Source: a virus
Lineage: Duplodnaviria; Heunggongvirae; Uroviricota; Caudoviricetes
Reading direction: 5' to 3' (one strand)
Virus record (IMG/VR): IMGVR_UViG_3300023181_000001
Span: 94,509 to 146,648 of that record
Length of the DNA stretch: 52,140 nt
Of the stretch, positions 51,262 through 52,140 are shown in pieces. Within the stretch, counting starts at the first letter, position 1. Every line of letters begins with the position of its first letter. The notes beneath the pieces are model-generated. The model saw only the letters and a program-made list of their open reading frames with translations, had not been told where the DNA came from and searched no databases. The translations under genes and the position numbers were made by a program.

Positions 51262-52128
51262 TTATTTTGGAAATCTAAAATATCCTGAGAAGTGTTTCTT
51301 GTTGTTCTCTGAAAAACTTTTACTCCAATTTTTACCCAATCCCTTAAATTTTGACTCTTTCATTGCCAAAGATTTCAATCCAACTGTTTCTTGTACTAGC
51401 TTCTGGTATAGCTGTGAAATGCCTTGCGGATTCAGATTATTATTTATCAGGTACTCTGTTATGTCAATTTTTACAAGATTCTCTATATAGTCGTAAATAG
51501 CTCCTGTAGAAAATATAGGAATTACCATGTCTCCGTTCTCATCTGTCTGTAAGGAGTAATACTGAATATAAACTTTACCTTTGTCGAAATTAGTATTTAA
51601 TATAGAGTTTGAGATGCTTGCTTTGTAAGGACTGTCCACTCTAAGTTTTTTATTAAGGCAGTCAGCCGCTAAGGAATTTGCTTCAACTGTCCCTTCTATT
51701 TCTAAAAAACGGTGTTTGTAATGGGTGTGAATTTGGGAACTCTTAATTGTTATTTTTTCCGTGACTATTTTGGTGTCACAGCTTTTCATATATTCATTCG
51801 TAAGTTCATTCCATCTAGCGGGATTCTCTATCCTTTCTCTATAAACGTAATTGTCTGTAAGATTTTCCCTGTCTCCATGTATTGTAAATCCGAGAGGTTC
51901 TAAGATATAAGCTAATTTTAAAGATTTAAAGTCTTGTGGAAGCATTGCTCTAGAATTACCTATGTCTAAAAATTCACTTTTTAGATTCTGTACATTTACT
52001 CCGAATTTTCTCAAAGCATTTATCACAGTAAATACAATAGAGGACTTGTCTATATCCCCACTCTCTGCAAGTATAGGGTATTTTGCCTCTATCTCGGCTA
52101 TAAATTCGTTTATTGATATTTCATCCAT
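51262..52128 (-). CDS. tail ring / head-tail adaptor protein (P22 gp4-like, crAss-type)
   Basis: Size, position upstream of the muzzle gene, YYSLQTDENGDMVIP motif. Confidence 0.6.
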   Translation of the reverse strand: MDEISINEFIAEIEAKYPILAESGDIDKSSIVFTVINALRKFGVNVQNLKSEFLDIGNSRAMLPQDFKSLKLAYILEPLGFTIHGDRENLTDNYVYRERIENPARWNELTNEYMKSCDTKIVTEKITIKSSQIHTHYKHRFLEIEGTVEANSLAADCLNKKLRVDSPYKASISNSILNTNFDKGKVYIQYYSLQTDENGDMVIPIFSTGAIYDYIENLVKIDITEYLINNNLNPQGISQLYQKLVQETVGLKSLAMKESKFKGLGKNWSKSFSENNKKHFSGYFRFPK

Positions 52129-52140
52129 TAAATTTGCATG

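Noticed and set aside
116-51903. Numerous short plus-strand ORFs in the track
   Set aside because: All lie antisense to longer, tightly packed minus-strand genes and show no recognisable motifs; treated as shadow ORFs
52129-52137. Plus-strand TAAATTTGC promoter-like match
   Set aside because: Falls on the apparent stop/start junction of minus-strand genes at the window edge; likely incidental
1-52140. tRNA genes, CRISPR array, DGR repeats, integrase/att sites
   Set aside because: Gaps are short or filled by small ORFs; no cloverleaf, spaced direct repeats, reverse transcriptase or recombinase motifs were seen

Overview
A gene-dense, AT-rich 52 kb segment of a tailed-phage genome with all credible genes on the minus strand. 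The host is very probably a Bacteroidota (Flavobacterium-like) bacterium: TAnnTTTG promoter elements sit in most intergenic gaps, and one gene encodes a T9SS C-terminal sorting domain. The virion module (19.5-52.1 kb) resembles crAss-like podoviruses: a ring/adaptor protein, a 2459-aa tail stabilization (muzzle) protein and a run of very large ejection/cargo proteins. That module is interrupted by a C5 methyltransferase and an island of small genes. The left part (0-19.5 kb) holds a T7-type family A DNA polymerase, a VirE-N/BT4734-like primase-related protein, two free-standing homing endonucleases, a second minimal methyltransferase and about 40 small hypothetical genes. I saw no tRNA, CRISPR array, integrase, intein or stop-codon recoding. 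The most unusual signals are: (1) matching C-terminal-Cys and N-terminal-MxC ends on three successive cargo proteins, suggesting a head-to-tail chain; (2) a double-hairpin RNA with exactly complementary loops upstream of the GIY-YIG gene; (3) a phage-borne T9SS substrate; (4) a repeated x-[QEA]-x-G-G motif marking module boundaries in two cargo proteins; (5) a vWA domain with Cys-rich repeats inserted in the muzzle protein. All family calls come from motif recognition by eye; no database search was run.
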